DNA of 64,000 nucleotides from an uncultured Holophagales bacterium (lineage in GTDB: Bacteria > Acidobacteriota > Thermoanaerobaculia > Multivoradales > UBA5704). Where the stretch lies: positions 32,001 through 96,000 of the forward strand of contig CAWJGT010000007.1 in NCBI GenBank assembly GCA_963842525.1, given 5' to 3'. How positions within the stretch are numbered: position 1 is the first letter of the stretch; each line of letters begins with the position of its first letter. A program made the translations under genes and the position numbers. The notes below the pieces were generated by a model that saw nothing but the letters and a program-made list of their open reading frames with translations, did not search any database and had not been told where the DNA came from. Below are positions 49,557 to 58,940 of the stretch, one piece after another.

Positions 49557-50715
49557 TCACCGCCCCCGCCCCGGGTTCACACCCGGGGCGAGGGGGCTGG
49601 CGAGACCCCGGAACAGCTCCTCGTACCCGTCCGCCACCCGCTCCCAGGTGTACTTCTCTTCGACCAGACGCCGCGCCCGCCGGCCCATCCCTGGCAGCGT
49701 CTCTCGCTCCTCGTTCAGCCGGCGCAGGGCTGCGGCCAGAGCGGAGGCATCTCCCGGTGGAAACAGCACCCCGGCGCCTTCCAGGTCCCCTGCGACTCCC
49801 ACGAGCGGCGTGGTCACCACCGGCCGGCCGCAAGCCATGGCTTCGAGGAGCACCAGCCCGAACCCCTCCCGCCGGCCGTCGGTGGAGGGGAGGACGAAAA
49901 GGTGGCAGGAGCCGTAGAACGAGGCCAGGTCCGCGTCCGGCACGAAGCCGAGGAATTCGACGGCACCAGCGATCCCCAACTCCGCGGCCCTCTGCCGGTA
50001 CGACGCCTGATCGTCGCCCTTGCCCCCGACTTGCAGCCGGACCGGCACATCCGCGCCATGCAGCTCGGCCACAGCCCGAAGCAGCACCTCCAGGCCCTTG
50101 TAGCGGTGATGGGTATCCAGAAGGCTGAGGAACCCGAGCACCAGCTCGTCCCCCTCGGGCATCTCCCGAACGGGACGGAAAATCTCCGTATCCACTCCCC
50201 AGGGGAGGCAGACGATCTTGGGATCTTTCTCATCCAGCCACCGGGACTGGGAGGGATAGATCGGATTGGTGACCACAATGCGGTCCGCCCTGGCCAGCAG
50301 GCGAGGGAGGAAGACGCGGTTGTAGACGCCTGCAAGCAGGCCCTTCGAGCCCTTCTCCGATCAGGTCGTTGTGGTAGGTGAGGACCAGGGGCACGCCAAG
50401 GTCACGGCTGGCCGCCGCCGCGGCGTCGGCGAAGAGGGCGGTCGGCAGGTGCGTGTGGATCACGTCCGGACGCGGCCCGCGCCGCAGCGCCGCTCCGAGC
50501 CCGCGGGCGAGGTTCGTGTTGCCGATCTTTCCCCGCCAGGGGAGGCGGACCACCTCGACGGCATCCACCCGGCCAGGCGAGCCGGCGGGCTCGTCGGCGC
50601 AGACCACCCGCACTTCGTGGCCGCGCTCGGCCAGGCGCCGGGCCACGTGGTAGACCGTGTTCTCCACCCCGCCGACGTATGGGGGATAGCGGACCACTAC
50701 CTCGAGGATGCGCAT
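49557..50715 (-). CDS. GT4 glycosyltransferase; frameshift near 50345
   Basis: YPPYVGGVE, LTYHND, then YKGL, REGFGLVLLEAMACG. Confidence 0.88.
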
Positions 50716-50722
50716 GGAGGTG

Positions 50723-51613
50723 TCAGAGGCGCGGCATGACGCCGCCGCGGTAGACGATCCAGACCACCGCGAGCCCCCAGAGCACGATGTTGATCAGGAA
50801 CGGCGGATCTCTGAGAATGGCCTCCGTCGGGTTGCGCTCCCCCGGGCTCTGGTACATCAGGTAGAGATAGCGGAAGATCCCGTAGAGCACCAGCGGGATG
50901 GTGTAGACCAGGTCCTGGGTGTGGTACTTCTCCACGGTCTCCGGGGCGACGCAGTAGAGGGCATAGGAGACCACGGCCGAAGCCGTCACCACGTTGATCA
51001 TCTGGTCGAGGAAGGCGGGGCTGTAGTGGTCGAGCACCCGCCTCTGGCTGGCGGCCTGGCCGGCCAGCAGGGTGATCTCGTGCCGGCGCTTCGAGAAGGC
51101 GAGGAACAGGGCGAGGAAGATGGTGCAGAGGAACAGCCAGCGCGACACCTCGACGTCCGTCGCCTCGGCCCCGGCGAGCACCCGCAGCACGAAGCCCAGG
51201 CTGATGGACATGACGTCCAGGATCACCATGTGCTTGAGCCAGTGGGTGTAGAGCAGGTTGATGACGAGGTATGTGGCGAGGATCAGGGTGAAGGCCGTGC
51301 CCAGCCACAGGGCCAGGGCCAGGGCCGCCGCGCCGAGCAGCACGGTGGCGACGACCGCGGCCGGCACCCCGAGCGTGCCCGCGGCGAGAGGCCGCAGCCG
51401 CTTGACCGGATGGCGGCGGTCCTCCTCCCGGTCCCGCATGTCGTTGATCAGGTAGACGGTGCTCGACGCCAGGCAGAAGGCGACCAGGGCGACCAGGGCG
51501 CGGGTCAGCGCGCCGGGGTCCTCCAGCAGGTGCCCGAACACCAGCGGCGCGAGCACGAACAGGTTCTTGGCCCATTGGGCGGGCCGCAGCGATTGGACGA
51601 GAGGACGAATCAC
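50723..51613 (-). CDS. Decaprenyl-phosphate phosphoribosyltransferase (UbiA family)
   Basis: RPAQWAKN, YLINDMRDREEDRRHPVKRLRPLAAG, KRRHE. Confidence 0.9.
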   Translation of the reverse strand: MIRPLVQSLRPAQWAKNLFVLAPLVFGHLLEDPGALTRALVALVAFCLASSTVYLINDMRDREEDRRHPVKRLRPLAAGTLGVPAAVVATVLLGAAALALALWLGTAFTLILATYLVINLLYTHWLKHMVILDVMSISLGFVLRVLAGAEATDVEVSRWLFLCTIFLALFLAFSKRRHEITLLAGQAASQRRVLDHYSPAFLDQMINVVTASAVVSYALYCVAPETVEKYHTQDLVYTIPLVLYGIFRYLYLMYQSPGERNPTEAILRDPPFLINIVLWGLAVVWIVYRGGVMPRL

Positions 51614-51636
51614 GGCGCGCTATTGTAAGGGGAACG

Positions 51637-54199
51637 ATGGAGATCAACAGCGAAGAACCTGACGGCGGGCCTCCGGACCCCTCACCCCCGGCCCCTCTCC
51701 CATCCCCTCCCAACCCACCGGGAGAGGGGAGAGCCTCGGCAACAGACGAGGACCATCTGACCTTGCCCCCTCTCCCGGAAGGGCGGGAGGGGGTGGGAGA
51801 GGGGGGCCAGGGGGGTCGAGGGGCCAGGCCGCCGCCGCTTCGTCCTCTTCTACGCCGTTCCGCTCCTCCTTCTGCTGGCCTGGATCGCCCTGCCGCTCGC
51901 CCGCGGCCTGGAGACCCTCTACCTGCGGGACGTCCTCAACACCCACATGCCGATGAAATGGTCGCAGGCGGAGGCGATGTGGAACGGCTACTTCCCGGTC
52001 ATCGACCCATACCGGGCCGGCGGGCAGCCCCTGGCAGGCAATCCAAACGCCGTGCCGTTCTATCCGACCAACCTCCTCTACCTGATGGGCTCGCCGTTCT
52101 GGGCACTCAACGCCCACTTCTGGATCCACCTGCTCCTGGCGCCCCTGACCTTCTTCTGGATGGCGCGGAGCTGGGGCCTCGCCCGCGAGCCGGCCTGGGC
52201 CGCCGCGGTCTGCTACACGGCCGGCGGCTTCTACCTGTCGCACCTGTCGTTCTACAACCTGATCCCGGCGGCGACCCTGGCGCCGGCGTTCGTGGCCGCC
52301 TCCCTGGACTTCGCCGCGGGGCGCCGGCGGCGGCTGATGGCGCCGCTCCTCGCCGTGCTCTGGGCCTTGATCCTCCTCGGCGGCGAGCCGCTGATGATGG
52401 TCCTCTCGGGGCTGCTTGCCGGCACGGGCGCGCTGGTGGCCGGGCTGCTGCGGTCGATTCGCCCCCTGAAGGTGGAATGGCGGGCGGCCTTCGTGTTCGC
52501 CGCGGCGCTGGGAATCGGCACGCTGATCGCGCTGCCGCAGATCACCGAGTTCCTGCGCATCCTGCCGTTGTCGTTCCGCGGCCATTGGGGCTACACCCGC
52601 GAGCTCGCCACGGTGGCGAGCTTCGACCCGCGCCAGCTCCTCGAATGGCTGATCCCCTTCGCCTACGGCCGGCCGGACCGGCTGGAGCTCGGCAGCTTCT
52701 GGGGAAGCCGCTTCTACACGGACACGCCGCCTTATTACCTCTCTCTCTATCCGGGCCTGCTGGTCCTGGCGCTGATCGCTGCGGCGGGCCGGCCGCGGAG
52801 CCGCGCGGCCTGGTGGGCATGGGCGGGGATCGTCCTGGGCGTGTTCGTCTCGCTCGGGCGGTTCAATCCGCTGGTCGCCTGGGTCTTCGGCGGCAAGGGC
52901 TCGTTCCGCTATCCGGTGAAGTTCTGGCTTCCGGTCGCCGTGGGCATGGCGCTCCTCGCAGGGATCGGCTTCGCGCGGCTCTGGGTCGAGAAGGACGAGG
53001 GCGCCCGCCGTCGCTTCCGATGGGCGCTCACCGGCCTCGCCGTCGGCCTCGGCGGCCTCTGGGCCTTCCTTTCCTTCTACACCGAGCCGGCCCGGTCCTG
53101 GCTGCGCCAGCTCATGCCGAAGGCGTCGAATGCCGCCGCGGTCGACTTCGAACGGGTGCGCTGGGCCGGACTGTGCCTGCTTTCGCTGGTCCTGATCGGA
53201 GCCCTGGCCGGCTTCGCCCGGCTGGCCGCCCGCCGCCCCTTTGCCGGCGGCGCGCTCCTGTTGGCCGTGCACGCCCTGGCGGGCGTCCTGCTGCTGCGCC
53301 CGCTCTACCCGATGGACGCGGTCGTCCCGTACCGGGTGCCGCCGCCGGCCTTGGAGCACGTACCGGCGGACCTGCCGGTGCTCAACCCCGACTTCAACTA
53401 TCTCTTCGGGCCGTCGACCCTGAAACAGGGGAACTTCCCCACCAACGAGTCGCGCTGGACGGAGCGCCGGGCCTTCTACGAGCTCTATCCGATCACCGGC
53501 CCGATGTGGAAGCGGCGGTATGAGCTGAACGTCTCGGCCGAGGGGTTGGACACGTTCCTGACCCGCATGGCGCAGGGGGTGATCAAGGGAGCGGACAACG
53601 AGAAGCGTTTCCGCATGCTGGCCGCCTGGGGGGTCGGCCGGGTGGTGATCAACCATCCGGTGGAGCCGCTGCCGCCGCGCGCCAGGTTATTGGCGCAGAT
53701 CCCGAGCTTCGGCCGGACGCTCTTCATCTACGAGGTGCTGGACCGCGCACCGGAGGTCTTCCTGGCCCGCCGCGTCTTCCCCGCGCCACACCTGAACGCC
53801 GGCTTCGCGCTGCTGGGAGACCCCGCCTTCGATGCCCGGAGCGACGTGGTCATCCCAGGCAAGGCGGGTCCGCCGATCCCGCGCGGCGGCGGGACCGTGC
53901 GGGTCCTGCGCAAGGGTCCCGAGAGCCTGGAGGTGGAGACGGTGGCGGGCCCGGGCGGCAGCATCCTGGTCGTCCAGCGGGCCGACCTCCTCTACGAAGC
54001 GGAGGTGGACGGCAAGCCGGCCAAGGTGCTCACCGCCAATTTCCACCGCATGGGCGTCGAGGTTCCGGCCGGCCGGCACCGTGTCCGCTTCTGGATCGAC
54101 CGACGGCCGCTGGTGCGCTCCGCCCTGATCGCGGGCCTCGCCCTGGCCTTCCTGCCGGTTCTGGCATGGGCCTCATCCCCTGTCCCCCATACGCGCTAA
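51637..54199 (+). CDS. YfhO-like GT-C membrane protein; start uncertain, apparent frameshift near 51817
   Basis: YLRD, GQPLAGNPN..FYP, many TM helices, C-terminal VDGKP..VEVPAGRHRV; the frame stays open upstream of 51947 to ~51817. Confidence 0.82.
51678..51823. repeat. CCCTCACCCC-type REP inverted pair
   Basis: cccctcacccccggcccctctcccatc...gggtgggagaggggggccaggggggt. Confidence 0.8.
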
Positions 54200-54394
54200 C
54201 TTTGCTCTGGGAGGGGAGGGTGGCCCTGGGAGCGCCGGCGTCCCGCCGGCTCTCCACGAGGCCATGGAGGAGACGGAGCCGCCGACCGTTGGAGCGGCAG
54301 TGGTGCCTGGCGATGCCTCAGCGGCCGACGAAGCTCCGGGCCGGCGAGACGCCGGCGCTCCCAGGGTTCCTCCGGCGTAAAGTTAGCGCCTATG
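54188..54394. mobile_element. MITE (207 bp) with 16-bp terminal inverted repeats and ~11-bp target duplication
   Basis: CATACGCGCTAACTTT ... AAAGTTAGCGCCTATG (1 mismatch), flanked by cccctgtcccc on both sides; contains an internal REP pair. Confidence 0.8.
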
Positions 54395-54818
54395 CCCCCT
54401 GTCCCCCTCTCCCATCTCCCTCCCACCGACCGGGAGAGGGGGAATTTCTAGATGTAAGTAGCTGAAAACATGTAGCTTATGGGAATCTCTCGGGGCCTCT
54501 AGGGAACAACTAGGGAGCAGCGCGTCCACAGACCTAAGTCTATCCCTTCGGAGGCCCAGGACGGCGCACGCCTCCCCGAGTCGGGACTTCCGCCCCCCGC
54601 CGGACAGTCGCCGGCCCGCGGGGGCCGCCCTCTAGCGGGGTAGTCTCCAGCCAGCCCTTGCCCTACCTTGGAACAGAGCTGAGCCTGTAGCTACGGACAT
54701 GGAACCGACGCCGGGCGAAGCTGAAGCCGTCCCGGCGTGGCTCTACTGCCATAACTGCCCGCCTGAGCGGGGGTGTGGCCGAGGGGGCAAAGGGCCCCCT
54801 TGGCGGGTGGGGGGACGA

Positions 54819-55253
54819 CTAGCGTAGCCGCTCGTCCCCGGCCGATCGATCATCGAGCCATGCGGCTTCAACCATGAGCATGATGGCGACGGGCGTTTCG
54901 ATGGTCAGCGGCTCCCGGAGGGGAATCTGCTCGAAGACGTGTCGGAGGTGAGCCGGCGCGGTTGGCAAACTGGCAAAGGGGGCGAACCCCGCCTCGACGG
55001 TGCCGACGACCTGGACGGTAAGAAATCGGACAAGCTCGGACAGCAGAGCCTCCCGTCGGGTCGCGGCGGTGGCCAGATCGTGCTCAAGCACCTGGGCTAT
55101 CCAGAACTTTCCCTCGCGAAAGAGGAGGGCGTGGAGCTTGAAAGCGTGCACCAGGGCGGGTTCGGAGAGATCGGAGGCGCCCTGGGGAGCGTCCGCAAGA
55201 GCCCCTCCCGCCTCATATGAGGACGGCGGGGCTTCATTTCGGGTCGATGTCAA
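54819..55253 (-). CDS. HicB-like fold hypothetical protein
   Basis: LHALLFREGKFWIAQVLEHDLATAA..REALLSEL resembles a HicB N-terminal domain. Confidence 0.5.
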   Translation of the reverse strand: MTSTRNEAPPSSYEAGGALADAPQGASDLSEPALVHAFKLHALLFREGKFWIAQVLEHDLATAATRREALLSELVRFLTVQVVGTVEAGFAPFASLPTAPAHLRHVFEQIPLREPLTIETPVAIMLMVEAAWLDDRSAGDERLR

Positions 55254-55852
55254 AGAGCAGCCCTGCCCGGATCGTGAGGTAGAGCTGGATGGGATGTTCC
55301 ATCAGTGGCGGCTCGCCGGCCGACCTCGCTGATGCGGTGCCGTGGACGGCGCCGGCGTCTCCCGAGCTTCTGCTCCAACACGTCGCCCATAACACCGAGA
55401 AGGCCACCAAGCCCCACCACCACGTCGAGCAATCGCTGCTCCGATGGCGTCTTGGGGAATCCAGCGGCATCGATAAGGACGCAGACACCTTCAACATAGC
55501 GTAGATCGGCCAGCAGCCTCTCGACATCCGCTCGCACGGAAACATCCGGGCTCCCCATCGGGCCGTCCAGCAACTCGGGGTCGGCAAACACGAGCTTCCA
55601 CAGGAAATTGCCAAGAACACGGAAATTGGCTTCTTGGGCAGGTGGTAGGTATTGCAGAAAGCGCTCTCTGAATGGTGCGAACTCGCTGAAGCTGCCTGGG
55701 CTGCTCCGCACGAGGTGATCCGCCAGGGCAGCGCTCTGGTCGACTTCGACCTGCTCGCGCACCAGCGCGAACACCTCCTCAACCGACTCGCGAAGGTCAG
55801 GAAGTTTCTCGACGCGTGGGTTCTGAGATTCCTCTATGGGTTTGCCGCTCAT
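55250..55852 (-). CDS. Hypothetical protein
   Basis: ATG coupled to the upstream TGA (TGATG overlap); helical composition. Confidence 0.65.
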   Translation of the reverse strand: MSGKPIEESQNPRVEKLPDLRESVEEVFALVREQVEVDQSAALADHLVRSSPGSFSEFAPFRERFLQYLPPAQEANFRVLGNFLWKLVFADPELLDGPMGSPDVSVRADVERLLADLRYVEGVCVLIDAAGFPKTPSEQRLLDVVVGLGGLLGVMGDVLEQKLGRRRRRPRHRISEVGRRAATDGTSHPALPHDPGRAAL

Positions 55853-56256
55853 CAGACCTTCCCTTCTGTGTTGTCCTTGAGCCACCCGGCGACGCGCCCC
55901 TCGACGGCGGCCCGAAAGAGATTGAAGACGTCTTGCATGATCTGCGTGTATGCCACCGCCTCGCGTCGCGAGAGGAGCGGCCCGAAGGTCGCCTCTCCCT
56001 CAAGGGCCGGCAGCTCCTCCAGCGCCTGGGTACCGGCCGAGATCAGGTGTTCCACGTAGAAGAAGGCCAACGCATCGACCTGGAGCACCTCCAGCACCTT
56101 GGCCAGGGAATCGAGCTTCGGAAGCTCCTTGCCCCTTTCGTATTTGGAGAGCTGGCTTTTGCCGAGTCCCGCTTGCCGGGCCAGCTCGGCCTGGCTCATT
56201 CCAGCGTGCTCGCGAATCATTCGTAGAGCCTGTCCCAGGTGCTCGAACATGGTCAC
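55852..56256 (-). CDS. XRE-family HTH regulator
   Basis: LGQALRMIREHAGMSQAELARQAGLGKSQLSKYERGKELP. Confidence 0.9.
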   Translation of the reverse strand: MTMFEHLGQALRMIREHAGMSQAELARQAGLGKSQLSKYERGKELPKLDSLAKVLEVLQVDALAFFYVEHLISAGTQALEELPALEGEATFGPLLSRREAVAYTQIMQDVFNLFRAAVEGRVAGWLKDNTEGKV

Positions 56257-56258
56257 TC

Positions 56259-57653
56259 CTAGACGAACGGCAGCGGCTCGACACGGTAGCCATGAAACCG
56301 GAAGCTCCGACGGAGGAAAAGAGCAAGCTCCACCTCCAGGGTCCGCAAGTCTGTCTCTCCCTCGGCCTCATGACGAAGCCGAAGGAGAGCCTTCCGGGTC
56401 GCGGCAAGCCCCTCCCGGCCGGCGAAGGTGGTCTCGACCTCCTCCACCAGACGATCGATGCCGGCCGACTCCTTCGAGCGGGCCAGCAGCAGTGCGAGAT
56501 CGAACGAGGACAGAGCCGTTTCGGGGAAAAGGTCAGCGGCTGCGAGCTTGCGGCGCACCGATTCCAGCAACTCGCGGGCCTCCGGGGTGCCCAGGCGAGT
56601 GCCTACCCGGGCCTCCATCCAAAAGGAGACGAGCAGCTCCGCGGGATGCTTCACCAGCTCGCGAAGTCGCAGACTCTCCTGCGAAGTCCGGCGGGCTCGC
56701 CCCCCCTGCCCCAGGTCCGCCCAGGAGAACGCCAGGGCCAGCCCAGACCGCAACGCGAGCCAGCCGAGCCGCGCCGGGTCTATCACCAACCGTGCTCGCT
56801 GGAGCGGGCTCAGTGCTGTGCCGGTATCGCCCTGCTCGCAATAGAGAAGCCCGAGCAGAGCCAGACAGATCCCCTCCTCTTCGACCAGCCCAAGCATGGC
56901 GAAGGACTCGGCGCCGTGGCGCAGCAGAGCCGCCGCCTCTTCGAGCCGCCCCTGCTCCCAGCGCAGGACAGCCAGAGCCCGGCAGAACCGGCCCCGGTCG
57001 GAGGATTCGAAGGGGCAGGCCAGGAAGAGAGCGGCCTTGTCGAAGGCCTGCTCGGCCCCAGCATCTCCCCGCAGTCGCCGGGAGCTTCCGACGAGACACC
57101 AGGCGCGAGTCTCCAACATGGCGAGCACCCGCCCCTCCTCCTGCCCGTCGAGACAATGGACTATCGCGACGGCCAGAAGGGCGATCTCCTCGGCTCCTTT
57201 CGGCTCCCGCGGCACCCGGGTGAGGCTCGTTTCCAGCAGCAGTGCGATCAGATCGAGCCGGTGGAAGCGCGTCTCCTGCCGGGCAGTTTGGAGTTGGATC
57301 TCATGATCCAGGGCCAGCAGCTCGACCGCCAGCGCCTCGACCTCTTGGTCCCTCTTGGCGAGCCGCTCGAGGAGGTCTCTGGGGAAGGTCACCACTTCAC
57401 AGGGACTCGGGTAGGGCCCAACGATCCCGCCGGTGCGTTCCTCGAACAGCTCTACCACTGCGAGATCCCGGCACACTGGGCAGGTCAGTAGATGCAGAAG
57501 GAAGGGCTCCTGAGCGGGCGGCAGCCTCGCCACCAGCCGCCGCATCTCGTCGATGTGCAACGGGTTTCTCAACCCTGCGTACCCTCCTGCGCCGGAGATC
57601 CACCTTCCGGCAGCCAGCTCGCCAAGCCGCTCCCGCACCACATGCTCAGTCAT
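56259..57653 (-). CDS. TPR-like helical repeat protein with N-terminal HLLxCxxC motif
   Basis: HLLTCPVC, AEEIALLAVAIV, RAWCLVGSSRRLRG, ETALSSFDLALL; same scaffold as 58941 and 60850. Confidence 0.75.
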   Translation of the reverse strand: MTEHVVRERLGELAAGRWISGAGGYAGLRNPLHIDEMRRLVARLPPAQEPFLLHLLTCPVCRDLAVVELFEERTGGIVGPYPSPCEVVTFPRDLLERLAKRDQEVEALAVELLALDHEIQLQTARQETRFHRLDLIALLLETSLTRVPREPKGAEEIALLAVAIVHCLDGQEEGRVLAMLETRAWCLVGSSRRLRGDAGAEQAFDKAALFLACPFESSDRGRFCRALAVLRWEQGRLEEAAALLRHGAESFAMLGLVEEEGICLALLGLLYCEQGDTGTALSPLQRARLVIDPARLGWLALRSGLALAFSWADLGQGGRARRTSQESLRLRELVKHPAELLVSFWMEARVGTRLGTPEARELLESVRRKLAAADLFPETALSSFDLALLLARSKESAGIDRLVEEVETTFAGREGLAATRKALLRLRHEAEGETDLRTLEVELALFLRRSFRFHGYRVEPLPFV

Positions 57654-57726
57654 GCCGGCTCATCCGCCGGGAACGCGCTTCCTGCGATTTGCTGCCGTCG
57701 CTGGCGGATAGGTTGTTACCGCTCAC

Positions 57727-58052
57727 CAGAATCCGTAGAAATCTGATCATCTGGTCGCCATGCGCAAGCGGAGGTAGCTGAGGTACCCAGCGTCGGTTGG
57801 GTTGAGACAAAACCGCCACCCGCTTATGCGAGGCTCCTGCTGTCTTTGGTGCCTCGGCTCTCCGTCCTCGGCGGGCTGCGGAAACTGCCCTGAAAACCCC
57901 GGCGGCCACCGGGGTTTTCTCTTTCCGCCCAAGCTCGGCAGAGCATACGCCCTCCCACCCGCCCCTCCCCCACACCCCCTCCCGCCGCGCTACGCGCGGG
58001 ATGATGACGCCGCTTGTCTCTCGACTTGATGATCAGATTTCTACGGATTCTG
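57727..58052. repeat. Perfect 25-bp inverted repeat enclosing 276 bp
   Basis: cagaatccgtagaaatctgatcatc (57727-57751) and gatgatcagatttctacggattctg (58028-58052). Confidence 0.92.
57892..57925. terminator. Terminator-like hairpin, possibly bidirectional
   Basis: gaaaaccccgg-cggcca-ccggggttttc followed by tcttt. Confidence 0.6.
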
Positions 58053-58221
58053 ACGATCGCCTACAGATAGGTTTCGGCGCAAGAGTCTTGCGGTCAATCA
58101 GGGCGCAGCGGGGACACTCCAGCAGGTGGAGGACCAAACCGGCGTCCGGGATCGGCAGGGTCCGCAGCATCTCCCGCAGATCCCTTGCCATTGGATGCTT
58201 GCCGCCCCGCCGCTCAGCCAT
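58033..58221 (-). CDS. Small protein with HLLxCxxC zinc-finger-like motif
   Basis: MAERRGGKHP...VLHLLECPRC; its stop lies within the 25-bp inverted repeat. Confidence 0.55.
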   Translation of the reverse strand: MAERRGGKHPMARDLREMLRTLPIPDAGLVLHLLECPRCALIDRKTLAPKPICRRSSESVEI

Positions 58222-58426
58222 GCAGAACATCCTCCGGATCGAGGCGGTGGGTGCGCGGACGGTCGGCTATGCCCCAGTACGGCGCCACGACCGCCACACA
58301 GTCCCGGCACCCGGTCAAGAGATGTCGGACGACCCGCATCCGCTCCGTGTTGCTCATTTCTCCTCGTAGAAAGCGCTCCAGGTCGCTCTCGCCGGGATGG
58401 GTGCGCCTTGCAGCCTGTCTCAACAT
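58214..58426 (-). CDS. Small zf-HC2 (anti-sigma zinc finger)-like protein
   Basis: HPGESDLERFLRGEMS..ER..VVRHLLTGCRDC. Confidence 0.7.
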   Translation of the reverse strand: MLRQAARRTHPGESDLERFLRGEMSNTERMRVVRHLLTGCRDCVAVVAPYWGIADRPRTHRLDPEDVLHG

Positions 58427-58749
58427 TCCACCTCCGGCCCGGCCGCCGCCGGGAACATTGCCTCAAGGGCTCTCTGGAGCCGGGCGGGCTCCCCGTGCAT
58501 CACTGGATCTGGATAGGCGGCTTGGAAGAAGTTGGCTGGAGGGAGCTCTACAGCCGCCAGAATCGCGAGGACTTGATGAACCTTTAGCTCCCGCGAGCCG
58601 TGGAAAAGTCGACTTAGATACCCGCTGTGCGTGGAAAAGCCCATCCTCCGCTCGACTTCGCGATTGCTCAGGCCGGCGGCGCGGATCAACGCCCGAAGCA
58701 TGGCCCGGAGGCGGCCGGCCTCACTCTCGATCTCGTCCCTCTTCAGCAT
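58420..58749 (-). CDS. HTH (XRE-like) regulator
   Basis: LRALIRAAGLSNREVERRMGF..GYLSRLFHG..ELKV..L.IL.AV..P..FF. Confidence 0.8.
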   Translation of the reverse strand: MLKRDEIESEAGRLRAMLRALIRAAGLSNREVERRMGFSTHSGYLSRLFHGSRELKVHQVLAILAAVELPPANFFQAAYPDPVMHGEPARLQRALEAMFPAAAGPEVEC

Positions 58750-58940
58750 GGCGGGAACGGTAGGAGCGCACTTGCTACGCCACCAGCGCGGGTGTACTTT
58801 TCCGGATTCGAAGATCAATCTATGTTTGACGGTCTCTGGAAGTCTCTTCTATGGTGCCCTGATTTCCGCTAGGCGTGTCCCGTTCTTCGAGCGGCGGACA
58901 CCTTGGATTTAAGAAGAGCGGAAAACTCAGGAGGGGATGA

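Noticed and set aside
57727-58052. Retron msr-msd bounded by a1/a2 repeats
   Set aside because: No reverse transcriptase gene is visible nearby, so the repeat is kept only as an unexplained IR.
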